Assembly (NCBI GenBank): GCA_963836075.1 | Contig: CAWIIB010000009.1 | Location: 160,001 to 224,000 of the forward strand | DNA length: 64,000 bases | DNA from: an uncultured Acidobacteriota bacterium | GTDB taxonomy: Bacteria > Acidobacteriota > JAQAZP01 | Reading direction: 5' to 3' | Part shown: piece by piece, positions 42,670 to 53,142 of the stretch | How the letters are laid out: each line of letters begins with the position of its first letter | Numbering within the stretch: position 1 is the first letter of the stretch | The notes under the pieces: model-generated | What the model was told of the DNA's origin: nothing | Database searches by the model: none | What the model saw: only the letters and a program-made list of their open reading frames with translations | Position numbers and translations under genes: made by a program

Positions 42670-45148
42670 ATGACCGACGACCCCACAGAATCCGTCCCCC
42701 TGGAGTCCCCCACCCTGCTGCAGCGGCTGCGGCGCCTGGTGGGCGGCACCGTGGAATACGACCTGCGACCCTCCGCCGGCCCCTTGGAGGCGGTGAACGC
42801 GCTGGAACCCCGACTCTCCCGGGAAGATGACCGCCGGCTGCAGGAGCGGGCCGCACAGCTCCGCCGGCGAGCCGGCGAGGGCGCCAGCCTGGACGAGCTG
42901 CTGCCGGAAACCTTTGCCCTGGCCCGCGAGGCGTCCCGCAGGCTGCTGGGTCTGCGGCCCTATGACGTACAGATCCTGGCCGGGATCGGCCTGCACCAGG
43001 GCCGGGTGGTGGAGATGCAGACCGGCGAGGGCAAGACCCTGGCCGCGGTGGCCCCGGCGGCGCTGAACGCGCTGGGGGGAAACGGCGTGCACGTGCTGAC
43101 GGTCAACGACTACCTGGCCCGCCGCGACGCCGGCTGGATGGGGCCGGTCTACGAATTTCTCGGCCTCAGCGTGGGGGTGGTGCAGGAGGGCATGAGACCT
43201 CGAGCAGCGGCGCCGGGCCTATGGCTGCGACGTGACCTACCTCACCGCCCGGGAGGCGGGCTTCGACCACCTGCGCGGTTTTCTCGCGCTCGACACCGGA
43301 CGAGCTGGTGCAGCGTCCCTTCCACTACGCCGTGGTGGACGAGGCCGACTCGATCCTCATCGACGAAGCGCGGATCCCGCTGGTCATCGCCGGTGACGCG
43401 GCCGTGGCCCCGGGTGGGCCTGGAGCGCTGGCCCGCATCGCCCGCCGGCTGAAGCTGGATACCGACTTCCAGACCGACGAATACGAGCGCAACATCAGCC
43501 TCAGCGGGGCCGGCGCCCGCCGGGCGGAGGAGATCCTCGGCTGCGGCAACCTCTACGACGAGGAACAGACCGAACTGCTGGCCGGCCTGACCAACGCCCT
43601 GCACGCCGAGCACTTCCTGCGCCGGGACGTGGACTACATCGTCCGGCAGGGCAAGGTGGAACTGGTGGACGAGTTCACCGGCCGGGTGGCCGAACGGCGG
43701 CAGTGGCCCCACGGCCTGCAGGCGGCCATCGAGGCCAAGGAGAAGGTGCGCCTGATGCCCGAGGGCCGGATCCTCGGCTCCATGACCCTGCAGCACTTCA
43801 TCCAGTCCTACCCCCGGCTGAGCGGGATGACGGCCACCGCCCAGACCTCGGCCGACGAGCTGAAACGGGTCTACGGCCTGGAGGTGCTGGTGGTCCCCAC
43901 CCACCGGCCCTGTATCCGCGAGGACCACCCCGACCTGGTCTTCACCCACCGTCGCGGCCAAGGAACAGGCGCTGATCGCGGAGATCGCCGCAGAGCACGG
44001 CACCGGCCGGCCGGTGCTGGTGGGCACGGCCAGCGTGGCCGAGTCGGAACGGCTGGCCGGCAGACTGCTGGAGGAGGGGATCTCCTGCCGGGTGCTCAAC
44101 GCCAAGAACGACGAGCAGGAGGCGGCAGTGGTGGCCGAGGCCGGCGCCCCCGGGGCGGTGACCATCTCCACCAACATGGCCGGCCGGGGCGTGGACATCC
44201 GTCTGGGCGGCAGGGATGAGGCGCACCACGACGAGGTGGCCGCCCTGGGCGGTCTCTATGTCATCGGCACCAACCGCCACGAGAGCCTGCGGGTGGACCG
44301 GCAGCTCCGCGGCCGCGCCGGGCGCCAGGGGGATCCCGGTTCCTCGCGGTTCTTCATCTCCCTCGAGGACGACCTGATCCAGCGCTTCGGGGTCAAGAAC
44401 CTGATCCCCGCGGGCCAGGTCCCCGCAACCGCAGGACGAGCCGCTGGAGAGCCGGGTGATCCGGCGGGAGATCGACCGGGCCCAGCGGATCGTGGAAGGC
44501 CAGAACGTGGATACCCGCAAGACCCTCTGGAAATACGCCCAGGTGATCGAGACACAGCGGCGCTACCTCCAGGACTGGCGCCAGACACTGCTCCACGGCC
44601 GGGAACAGCCGGGGCTGCTGGCCGAACAGTGCCCGGAAAAGTGGAACCGGCTGCTGCCGCTGGTGGGGGGCGACGTGCTGGCCGGGGTGGAGCGGAAGCT
44701 CACCCTGCTGGTCACCGACCGCTGCTGGAGCGGCTACCTGGCCGAGATGACCAGGGTCCGCGACGGGATCCACCTGGCCTCCCTGGGAGCGAAAGATCCC
44801 TACACCGAGTATCACCGCGAGGCCCGGGACGCCTTTCCCCTGCTGCTGGAGCAGGTCGACCGCGAGGTGGTCGAGACCTTCCTGCGGGTGGAGGTGTCCA
44901 GCGATGGTGTGGACTGGGCCGCGGAGGGACTGCTGGGCCCCTCCTCCACCTGGACCTACCTGGTCACCGACCAGCCGTTCAAGACCGGGCTCTTCGGCAG
45001 CCTGGCCGGCCGCCCCTCCGCCGGAATCTATGCCGCGGCCATCTTCGGGCCGCTGCTGGCCGTGGCCATGGTCATCCGGGCCTGGCAGCTGCGCCGGCGC
45101 AACAAGGCCCGGGCCCGGGCGGAGCAAGCCGCCGAAGATGGCGACTGA
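42670..45148 (+). CDS. secA2: Accessory SecA-type translocase ATPase (SecA2), frameshifted into four pieces
   Basis: [66 protein letters not shown]; about 820 aa, no Zn-finger tail. Confidence 0.85.
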
Positions 45149-45253
45149 ATTCACGAAATCCTCACACTGGCCGGCTTTCTCTCCGGGTTATGCTCTGATA
45201 GGGTAAACGGAGTCTGCTATCTGAATCAGAAACCTCTGGGGAGTGATGGACCG

Positions 45254-45697
<444 letters not shown>

Positions 45698-45699
45698 CC

Positions 45700-46892
45700 A
45701 TGGCCACCGAAGCCTGCATCACCAAGACGCCCAAGGGGCTGGGGTTCTTTGAAAAATATCTCACCGTCTGGGTGGTGCTCTGCATCCTGGCCGGTATCCT
45801 TCTCGGCAAGACCGCTCCCGAGGCCGCCGTCTTCCTCGACGGCCTGGCCATCTACGGTCCACGGTGCGCCGGTGGTCTCCATCCCCATCGCCATCTGTCT
45901 CTTCTTCATGATGTACCCGATCATGGTCAAAATCGACTTCACCGAGGTGCTCCGGGCGGGCAGGAACTTCAAACCGGTGAGCCTGACCCTGATCGTCAAC
46001 TGGCTGATCAAACCGTTCACCATGTACGCCATCTCGATCTTCTTCCTCGGCACGCTCTTTCTCGGATTCATCGGCCCCGAAGCCACCGACCTGGTGAAGA
46101 TGCCGCTGGGCCTGGACCTGCCGGTGGGCGAGAGCCACGGTGTGGGCACGGTGGTGATGCAGGACGGGGTGAAGATGCTGGAGGTGCCGCTGTGGCGCAG
46201 CTACCTCGCCGGCTGCATCCTGCTGGGCATCGCCCCCTGCACGGCCATGGTGCTGGTCTGGGGCTTTCTGGCCCGGGGCAACGACGGCCACACCCTGGTG
46301 ATGGTGGCCATCAACTCGCTGGCCATGCTCTTTCTCTTCGGCCCGCTGGGCGGCTTCCTGCTCGGCGTGGGCCGGCTGCCGGTGCCCTGGCAGGCGCTGC
46401 TGCTGTCCATCGGCATCTACGTCGCCCTGCCCCTGGTGGCCGGGTATCTCTCGCGCAAGTGGCTGATCGGCCACAAAGGGCGAGACCTGGTTCAACGAGA
46501 AGTTTCTGCACGTTCTCACCCCGGTGACCATCATCGCCCTGCTGCTGACCCTGGTGCTGCTCTTCTCCTTCAAGGGCGAGGTGATCCTGGCCAACCCGCT
46601 GACCATTCTCTGGATCGCCATCCCGCTCTTCCTCCAGACGGTCTTCATCTTTGGCCTGACCTACCTCGGGGCCAGGCTGATGAAGCTGGAATACGTCGAT
46701 GCCGCCCCGTCGGCGATGATCGGCGCCTCGAACCACTTCGAGGTGGCCATCGCCACATCCACCATGCTTTTCGGCCTCTCCTCGGGAGCGGCCCTGGCCA
46801 CGGTGGTGGGGGTGCTGATCGAGGTGCCGGTGATGCTGATGCTGGTCAGGTTCTGCCTCCGCACCCAGGGCTGGTTCGGCCGCGCCTCTTAG
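45700..46892 (+). CDS. acr3: ACR3 family arsenite efflux transporter, two frameshifts
   Basis: [60 protein letters not shown]. Confidence 0.9.
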
Positions 46893-46905
46893 CCGGTCGC
46901 GGCCA

Positions 46906-46973
46906 GAATCGATCTGTTCAGCGGGACAGAGAGCGGGGATTTCTTGACACCGGGAAAGGAAATAACTATACAT
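46906..46973 (+). repeat. ~70-bp repeat, left copy (inverted partner at 48839-48908)
   Basis: GAATCGATC..CAGC.GG.CAGAGAGCGGGG..TTCT.GACACCGGGAAAGGAAAT..CTATACAT is shared by both copies. Confidence 0.8.
46944..46972 (+). promoter_or_regulatory. Putative sigma70 promoter inside an inverted-repeat copy, probably giving a leaderless S8 mRNA
   Basis: TTGACA-17 bp-TATACA; ATG 7 nt downstream with no SD. Confidence 0.55.
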
Positions 46974-46979
46974 CAACTC

Positions 46980-48818
46980 ATGAGACCATCCGCCCAGTGC
47001 GTGTTGCTCACCTTCGCCCTGTCGCTCTCCTCCGCCGCCGGCGCAGGTTCGCTGCACCCCGGCCTGGAGAACTACCTGTCGGGCCTGCCTGCCCACCGGG
47101 TGGAGATGGTGATCGTGCGCCTCGCCGACCAGGCCGATATCCGTTCGCTCAACAGCCAGTTGAAACAGGAGAAGGCCACGCTGGCCCGACGCCACCGCGA
47201 GGTGGTCGAACACCTGCGAGGGACCGCTGAAGCCACCCAGGGCCGGTTGGTCGCCTACCTCGAGCAGCGATTCCTCGCCGGCGAGGTGCGCGGCTTCCGC
47301 CGCTTCTGGATTGACAACATGGTGGGCGTCGAGGCCACCGTGAGGGAGATCCGAGAGATCGCCCGCCGGCCCGACGTGGAGATGGTCTACATCGACTACA
47401 TCATCGAGCCGATCGAGCCGGAGAAGATCGAAGGGCCTAAGACGCTGGAGGGCCCGGGGCGGCAGGACGGCGACGCCGCGCGGACCGTTGAGCCGGGCAT
47501 CTCCGCGATCAGGGCGCCCGAGGCCTGGGCCCTGGGCTACACAGGCGCCGGCCGGCTGATCGCCAACATGGACACCGGCGTGGACGGCAGCCACGAGGCG
47601 CTGGCCTCCCGCTGGCGCGGGCTCGGCGAGCCGGCTGCGGAGTGCTGGTTCGACCCGGTGACCTCCACCACCTTCCCCTTCGACTCCGGTTCCCACGGTA
47701 CGCACACCATGGGTACCAGCTGCGGCCACACCGCTTCAAACGAGATCGGCGTGGCCCGGGACGCGCAGTGGATCGCCGCCGCTGTGATCAACCGGGTGGA
47801 CATCCCGACGACAATGACCGATGCGGTGGCCGCCTTCCAGTGGTTCGCCGACCCGGACGGCGACCCGGGGTCCATTGACGACGTGCCCGACGCGGTGGGC
47901 AACTCCTGGGGCATCAGCCCGATCTACCACGGGTCGTATATCACCGGTCCCTGTGACGAGACCTTCTGGGCGGTGATGGACAACTGCGAGGCCGCCGGCT
48001 GCGCGGTGATCTTCTCCGCCGGCGGCGGGGGGCCCGGCGCCTCCACGCTCAGCACCCCGGCCGACCGGGCGGACAGCCCGTACAATGCCTTCGCCGTGGG
48101 CGCGGTGGACGCGACCTATTCCGGCTTCCCCTACCCCGTGGCCGGCTTCTCCAGCCGCGGCCCCGGCTGCAACGACCGGATCAAGCCCGAGGTGGTGGCG
48201 CCGGGCGTCGCCGTGCGCAGCTCGGTGCCGGGCAACGGCTACTCCGTGTACAGCGGCACCTCGATGGCCACGCCGCACGTCACCGGCTCCATCGCCGTGC
48301 TGCGCCAGGTCGACCCCAACCTGGACGTGGAAACGATGAAGGAGATCCTGCTCGCCACCGCCGTGGACCTCGGCCCTGCCGGGGAGGACAACGCATACGG
48401 CATGGGGATCATCGACCTCGAAGCGGCGGTGCTTGCCGCCGCCCAGGCCACCGGGACCATTGCGGTGGGCATCAACTGCCTGCCGGACAGCGGCACCCTG
48501 CCCTTCGGCACCCAGATCACCGTCTCCCTGGACAACCTGGTGGGCGACCCGCGCAGGGTTTCGGCCCGGCTGGCGCTGACCCTGGCCGGCGGCGCCCATT
48601 TCGGCAGCTTCCGCTCGGGGTATGCCAACCTTCCACCCCACGGAAACCATACCGCCCAGTGGAACCAGTATCTCCCGGCGATGGGCCCCCTGGCGGGGCC
48701 CAACGTCTTCACCCTCACCGGCCACGACGTGACGCCGGCGCCTTACAACCAGCCGCCCTACGCGCCCTCCGGCGACTGCGACGCCGGCAGCGCCACGGTG
48801 ACCGGCATCGCTCCGTAG
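46980..48818 (+). CDS. Secreted S8 subtilisin-like peptidase with the PYNQPP C-terminal domain
   Basis: Triad motifs [23 protein letters not shown]; I9-like propeptide. Confidence 0.9.
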   Translation: MRPSAQCVLLTFALSLSSAAGAGSLHPGLENYLSGLPAHRVEMVIVRLADQADIRSLNSQLKQEKATLARRHREVVEHLRGTAEATQGRLVAYLEQRFLAGEVRGFRRFWIDNMVGVEATVREIREIARRPDVEMVYIDYIIEPIEPEKIEGPKTLEGPGRQDGDAARTVEPGISAIRAPEAWALGYTGAGRLIANMDTGVDGSHEALASRWRGLGEPAAECWFDPVTSTTFPFDSGSHGTHTMGTSCGHTASNEIGVARDAQWIAAAVINRVDIPTTMTDAVAAFQWFADPDGDPGSIDDVPDAVGNSWGISPIYHGSYITGPCDETFWAVMDNCEAAGCAVIFSAGGGGPGASTLSTPADRADSPYNAFAVGAVDATYSGFPYPVAGFSSRGPGCNDRIKPEVVAPGVAVRSSVPGNGYSVYSGTSMATPHVTGSIAVLRQVDPNLDVETMKEILLATAVDLGPAGEDNAYGMGIIDLEAAVLAAAQATGTIAVGINCLPDSGTLPFGTQITVSLDNLVGDPRRVSARLALTLAGGAHFGSFRSGYANLPPHGNHTAQWNQYLPAMGPLAGPNVFTLTGHDVTPAPYNQPPYAPSGDCDAGSATVTGIAP

Positions 48819-48838
48819 ATACATTCTCGTCCATACCC

Positions 48839-48908
48839 ATGTATAGGCATTTCCTTTCCCGGTGTCGAGAATTCCCCCCGCTCTCTGGCCTGCTGTGCGG
48901 ATCGATTC
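48839..48908 (-). repeat. ~70-bp repeat, right copy; possible IS91/ISCR-like oriIS end
   Basis: Reverse complement of 46906-46973; ends GGAAATGCCTATAC downstream of a transposase remnant. Confidence 0.7.
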
Positions 48909-49025
48909 CCGTTGCTGCTTCTCCGGGCACCCGCCTTTCCGGGTCAATCCACGGTCGCATGAGGTCATTCTGACGATTCACCACCGACGAACCTCTCTTC
49001 GGGACGCACGCCGCCCCCTGCTGTC

Positions 49026-49290
49026 CGCCACCGTCCTCGGGCCTCAGGCCGGCTCCCACTCGTCCCAGCCGGGCGGCACCTGCGAATACTTCTCTTCTTC
49101 CTGGCACGGCGCGGTATGATCATTCCGCTCACACCCCACGGCCCACCCCGGCGGCCCGTGGGCCCGGGGAACGACTTTGCTCACCCCCAGCTACACGAGG
49201 ATACGGCGAATCACCGCGAACTGCGCCGTTGAGATGAACGAGATGACCTTCATCTCGCCCCCGCAGGGCTCGCAGCGCGGGGGTCCACAT
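49026..49290 (-). pseudogene. C-terminal remnant of an IS91/ISCR-like (Y2) transposase
   Basis: P.RCEPCGGEMKVISFI...VIRRILV*LG...PRAHGPP matches the typical CxxCGGxMxIIxFI...IxxIL.HLG...R.PP tail. Confidence 0.6.
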
Positions 49291-49522
49291 CGAACATCAG
49301 GCAGATCAGCTCCGCTCGGCCACCTTACCGCATCTCGGCCCTGAGCCCCGAGAACGCGCGGGTGGGCATCACCGGCCGTACCGAGGAAACGGGCCCCCAG
49401 CCGGATGCGGGGGGCCCGGTCGGATAGAGCGGCCTGGAAACCGGCCGCCCGGAGAGTTTTCGTGTCGATCGCACGGCAGGCGCCCCGGGGCTGAGGGGGT
49501 AGCCCGGCCCCGGGGCCCGGCG

Positions 49523-50710
49523 TCAAGGAGCCATGGCGGTTACCGTGCACGCGTCAGCGGCGGTGTCGCCCGAAGGCGGGTAGGGCGGCTGATTGAACGG
49601 TGACGGGGTGACGTCCTCGGCCATCAGCTCGAACTGGTTGTCCCCGATCACCGAGCCGAGCGCCGGTATGGTAACCGGGAACATGGTGTCGTAGCTGCCG
49701 CCGGCTGCGATGTTGGTGGACCCGGCCCTCCAGTTCAGGAACTGGCTGCCCGCCGCCAGGCTGATGTCGATCCGGGCGGCCACCCGGCGGACCTGCTGGT
49801 CGTACAGGTTGTCCAGCGCCACGGTCATCTGCGTGGTGAACGGGACGGTACCCGTGGCGGGCGAGCAGGAGAGGCTCGCACCGATGAGCGCGGCGGTGCC
49901 GCCGCAGGGCACGTTGCCGAGCCGCCAGAGGACACCACCCGTCCCCGCTACCCAGGCCTCACCGGCGTCGCAGCGGAGCCCGACACCGCTGATGGAGGAC
50001 ACCTCGGTGGGGAGCGCGTGCAGCTGGACGAAGTCGCCCTCCGGCGTGAACTCGCCCATGCCGTCCTCGGAGCTGCTGACGAGGAAAAGGTTGCCCGTCG
50101 CGGTCGACACGTCGATGTCGCCGTAGTACACGCTGAAGGTGGCCGTGGTCTGGAAGGTCGACAGCACGGCGCCCGTGACCGGGTCGATCTCCGCCACCCG
50201 GTTCTCGTCGTCGGTGCCGGGCACGTTGTCCTGGACGAGGAAGAATGTGCCACGGAGGGGGTGGTATGCGCCGCCCACCACGTGGCTGATGCCGAACTCG
50301 GTGACGAGCGTGGCGAGGACGTCGCCGGTGACCGTGTCCAGGGCGTAGATCTCCGCCACGTCCGTCTCGCCGTTGATGAACAGCAGCGATCCGGCGGGGA
50401 CGGCGCTGTCGCCCATGATGAACGCCTCGGGCGCCACATCCAGGTCCACGTCGTTGGCCGACTCTCCCGGGCGGGCGATGGAGGTGAGGTATGTGCCGTC
50501 CGGAGCGTAGCCGTGCACCAGGTCGCCGCCGCAGCCGTACGCCCAGACGGTCTCGGCGGTCTGGCCGGCCGCAACACTGCATAGGCTGCTGACCTCCGCA
50601 GGGTTGAAGCTGTCCAGGACGGTGATTTGCGCTGATGCGGGGATGGTCAAAACGGCGGTTGCGAGAACCAGGCCGAGGGCCAGGGTGAAACGGGCTCGAT
50701 GACGGGTCAT
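49523..50710 (-). CDS. Secreted beta-propeller-like protein with the PYNQPP C-terminal domain
   Basis: Signal peptide ending ASA-Q; repeated EIYALDTVTG/AEIDPVTG motifs; shared tail. Confidence 0.75.
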   Translation of the reverse strand: MTRHRARFTLALGLVLATAVLTIPASAQITVLDSFNPAEVSSLCSVAAGQTAETVWAYGCGGDLVHGYAPDGTYLTSIARPGESANDVDLDVAPEAFIMGDSAVPAGSLLFINGETDVAEIYALDTVTGDVLATLVTEFGISHVVGGAYHPLRGTFFLVQDNVPGTDDENRVAEIDPVTGAVLSTFQTTATFSVYYGDIDVSTATGNLFLVSSSEDGMGEFTPEGDFVQLHALPTEVSSISGVGLRCDAGEAWVAGTGGVLWRLGNVPCGGTAALIGASLSCSPATGTVPFTTQMTVALDNLYDQQVRRVAARIDISLAAGSQFLNWRAGSTNIAAGGSYDTMFPVTIPALGSVIGDNQFELMAEDVTPSPFNQPPYPPSGDTAADACTVTAMAP

Positions 50711-51374
50711 GACGGATCTCCTCGTGAAGCGGCGGGAACGCCCTGCCCCGTTCCACGGAAATGCTAACGGGCCGGCTCCCTCGCAAGAGTGTCGGATTGC
50801 GGCAAAAATATCGTACGAGAAAGAAACAATCGATAAATATTATCGACATTTCGGTCGGCACTTTGCCGCCCTGGTCGAGCGGCGCGGATCGGCGGAACGA
50901 GCCTAATTCACGGCTCTCAAGGATCCCCGGCGCCCGGGACGCGCGCCGGAGCCCGTGGCGGAAAGGCGCCGCGCCGAACGGGAGAACGGTCGGCCCCCCG
51001 ACGCACGGGGGGCGGGTTTCGGCGAAATCGTGACACCGCGCCGGCGATCGTGCCGCCCCGCCCGATTCTTCGTGGACAACCTGCCCATAGCGCGGACCGC
51101 CAGGTGCAGGTCGGTCCGCTCCGGCCGCCGAGGTCGGTAAATGCTCGTTGCGGCCTGGTCCACTTGGGACCAGGAGGAGCAAAATCGGGGCCGGAGGTCA
51201 GCGGATGAGGAAAAAGGGAATTCAGGGATACGGACGGCAAGTGCGGTTGCCGGCAAAGTAACCCGTGAATGTCAGCTTACCTACGAGACACCTATATGAC
51301 TAAGTGCTGCTTCGACAAGGCGCTCCGAACGAGCAGGAAACTGAAGAAGGAAGCGTTGAAAAGAGGACAGGTAG

Positions 51375-53003
51375 CTAATTAAATGAGGCGGTGACCGTGC
51401 AATGAGCCGAATCGGTATCGCCCGACGGCGGGTAGGGAGGCTGGTTGTACGGGCTGGCGGTGACGTCCGCACAGTGCAGGGCGAAGACGGTCTCGCCCAC
51501 CAGCGTTCCCACGGCCGGAAAAACCTGAACCCAGGAGGTTGACCAGGTCTCCTCGGGCTGGAGATTGAGATACCCGGCCCGCCAGTTGCTGAAATGCTGG
51601 CCGCCGGCGAGGAAAAGGTCGATCCGACCGGCCACGGTGCGAATCTGGTCCTTATAGTTGCTGCTGATGGTCACCTCCATCCGGCTGGTGAAGGGCAGGG
51701 TGCCGGACGAGGGTGTGCAGGCCATGTAGGCGCCCACCGATTTCCAGCCTGAGCCTGACAAAGGGTAGTGATAGCCGACATCCGCGACCCAGCGGTCACC
51801 CACCCCATCCGTTCGAGAGGTTCCCTCGATAACTGGGGCCACCGGGTTGCCGGCATCGACACAGGGGCTGTCCGCGGCTTGCCCGGCGGCAATCTGGCTG
51901 AGGTAGTAAGCGCCGGCGGGCCCGGTGACATAGAGCGGATCGGCGGAGAAATTTCCCTGCCCCGGATAACCCGAGCCGCAGCACCAGGTGATGTCGAAAG
52001 TGCCGTGCACGCTCTCCCAGTAGTTGCTGGTGAAGATGGTGTGATGCACCACTCCCGACCCATACACTCCGCCCCCGTTGGAGTCGGCAATGTTCTGGTC
52101 AATGGTGCAAAAGGAGATCACCACCGGGGCGCTGCAGTGGATGGCTCCACCGTCGGTCTGCGCGATGTTGTAGAAGATCAGGTTGTTACAGATCTGGGCG
52201 GCCGGGCCGTCACACCAGATCCCCCCTCCACGGTATGCATGGTTGGCGTACACCTGATTGCCGCTGATCTGCGGAGCCCCCGACCCGGCACAGCCGATGG
52301 CGCCGCCGCTATGCCCGCTGCCGTTGTCGATGAACAGGTTGCCGCTGATGGTGGGAGAGGCGTCAATGGTGTAAAGACCTCCCCCGAACCAGGCCCCGTT
52401 TCGTTCGAACGTATTGCCGAGGACCTCGGGGGAGGAGGCGACGCAGACCACACCCCCGCCGTCACCGGTCTCGAGGCCGTCGGCCACGTTGTCGTGGAAG
52501 GTGTTCGCTTCAATCAGCGGTGCCGCCCCGCCCAGGCAGCAGATCCCGCCGCCGTCCTCCAGGGCGAGGTTATCCTCGATCACGTTCCCGCGGATGGTGG
52601 GGGAAGCGCCGTCACAGAGGATGGCCCCGCCGTTGAGCACGAACCCCCCGGTGATGCCGAAACCTTCCACAACCGCATCGCGACCCTCGCCGCTGAGGAA
52701 CCGGAGCGCGCGGTGGCGGTCGGCGTCGCTGCCCTGGCTGTGAATGATACAGGCGGCAGGCCCGTTCTCGGAGATCAGCGTGATCGCCCTGCCGCCAAAG
52801 TCGAGGTCGCGATTGCCGTCGCCGGTCCAGGTTCCGTCGGCCACCAGCACCGTGTCACCCGGGGCGGCGGCATCGATTCCAGCCTGGATGGTGGGATGCT
52901 CCGCCGGGACCCTGATCACCGCGGCCGGGGAAGGCTGTGCACCGAATCCGAGCGAAAAAAGAATAACCACGGCAAGCGTCAGGGTGATGGCATTCGTTTT
53001 CAT
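51375..53003 (-). CDS. Secreted right-handed beta-helix (GGG/GGA repeat) protein with the PYNQPP C-terminal domain
   Basis: VP...PTIQAGIDAA..GDTVLVADG, repeated N.A..GGGI.C..SP.I..N, SPCVDAG. Confidence 0.85.
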   Translation of the reverse strand: MKTNAITLTLAVVILFSLGFGAQPSPAAVIRVPAEHPTIQAGIDAAAPGDTVLVADGTWTGDGNRDLDFGGRAITLISENGPAACIIHSQGSDADRHRALRFLSGEGRDAVVEGFGITGGFVLNGGAILCDGASPTIRGNVIEDNLALEDGGGICCLGGAAPLIEANTFHDNVADGLETGDGGGVVCVASSPEVLGNTFERNGAWFGGGLYTIDASPTISGNLFIDNGSGHSGGAIGCAGSGAPQISGNQVYANHAYRGGGIWCDGPAAQICNNLIFYNIAQTDGGAIHCSAPVVISFCTIDQNIADSNGGGVYGSGVVHHTIFTSNYWESVHGTFDITWCCGSGYPGQGNFSADPLYVTGPAGAYYLSQIAAGQAADSPCVDAGNPVAPVIEGTSRTDGVGDRWVADVGYHYPLSGSGWKSVGAYMACTPSSGTLPFTSRMEVTISSNYKDQIRTVAGRIDLFLAGGQHFSNWRAGYLNLQPEETWSTSWVQVFPAVGTLVGETVFALHCADVTASPYNQPPYPPSGDTDSAHCTVTASFN

Positions 53004-53142
53004 GTCCGCGCGGCCCTCCCGGGGTTGGCAAGAGAGTATTCATTCATTATATATAGGCCTGTCGAGCGTAACCGACAACCAAAGAATTCGATCCACCGGG
53101 CCGGAACAGGTATCGATCGAGTCAGCAAAGGACGAGGTGGTG

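Noticed and set aside
49190-49193. TAG in the transposase fragment as pyrrolysine or other recoding
   Set aside because: It lies in a short degraded fragment lacking the catalytic region, so it is ordinary decay.
52744-53142. N-terminal extension of oligopeptidase B
   Set aside because: It overlaps the opposite-strand beta-helix gene; the signal peptide and SD point to ATG 53143.
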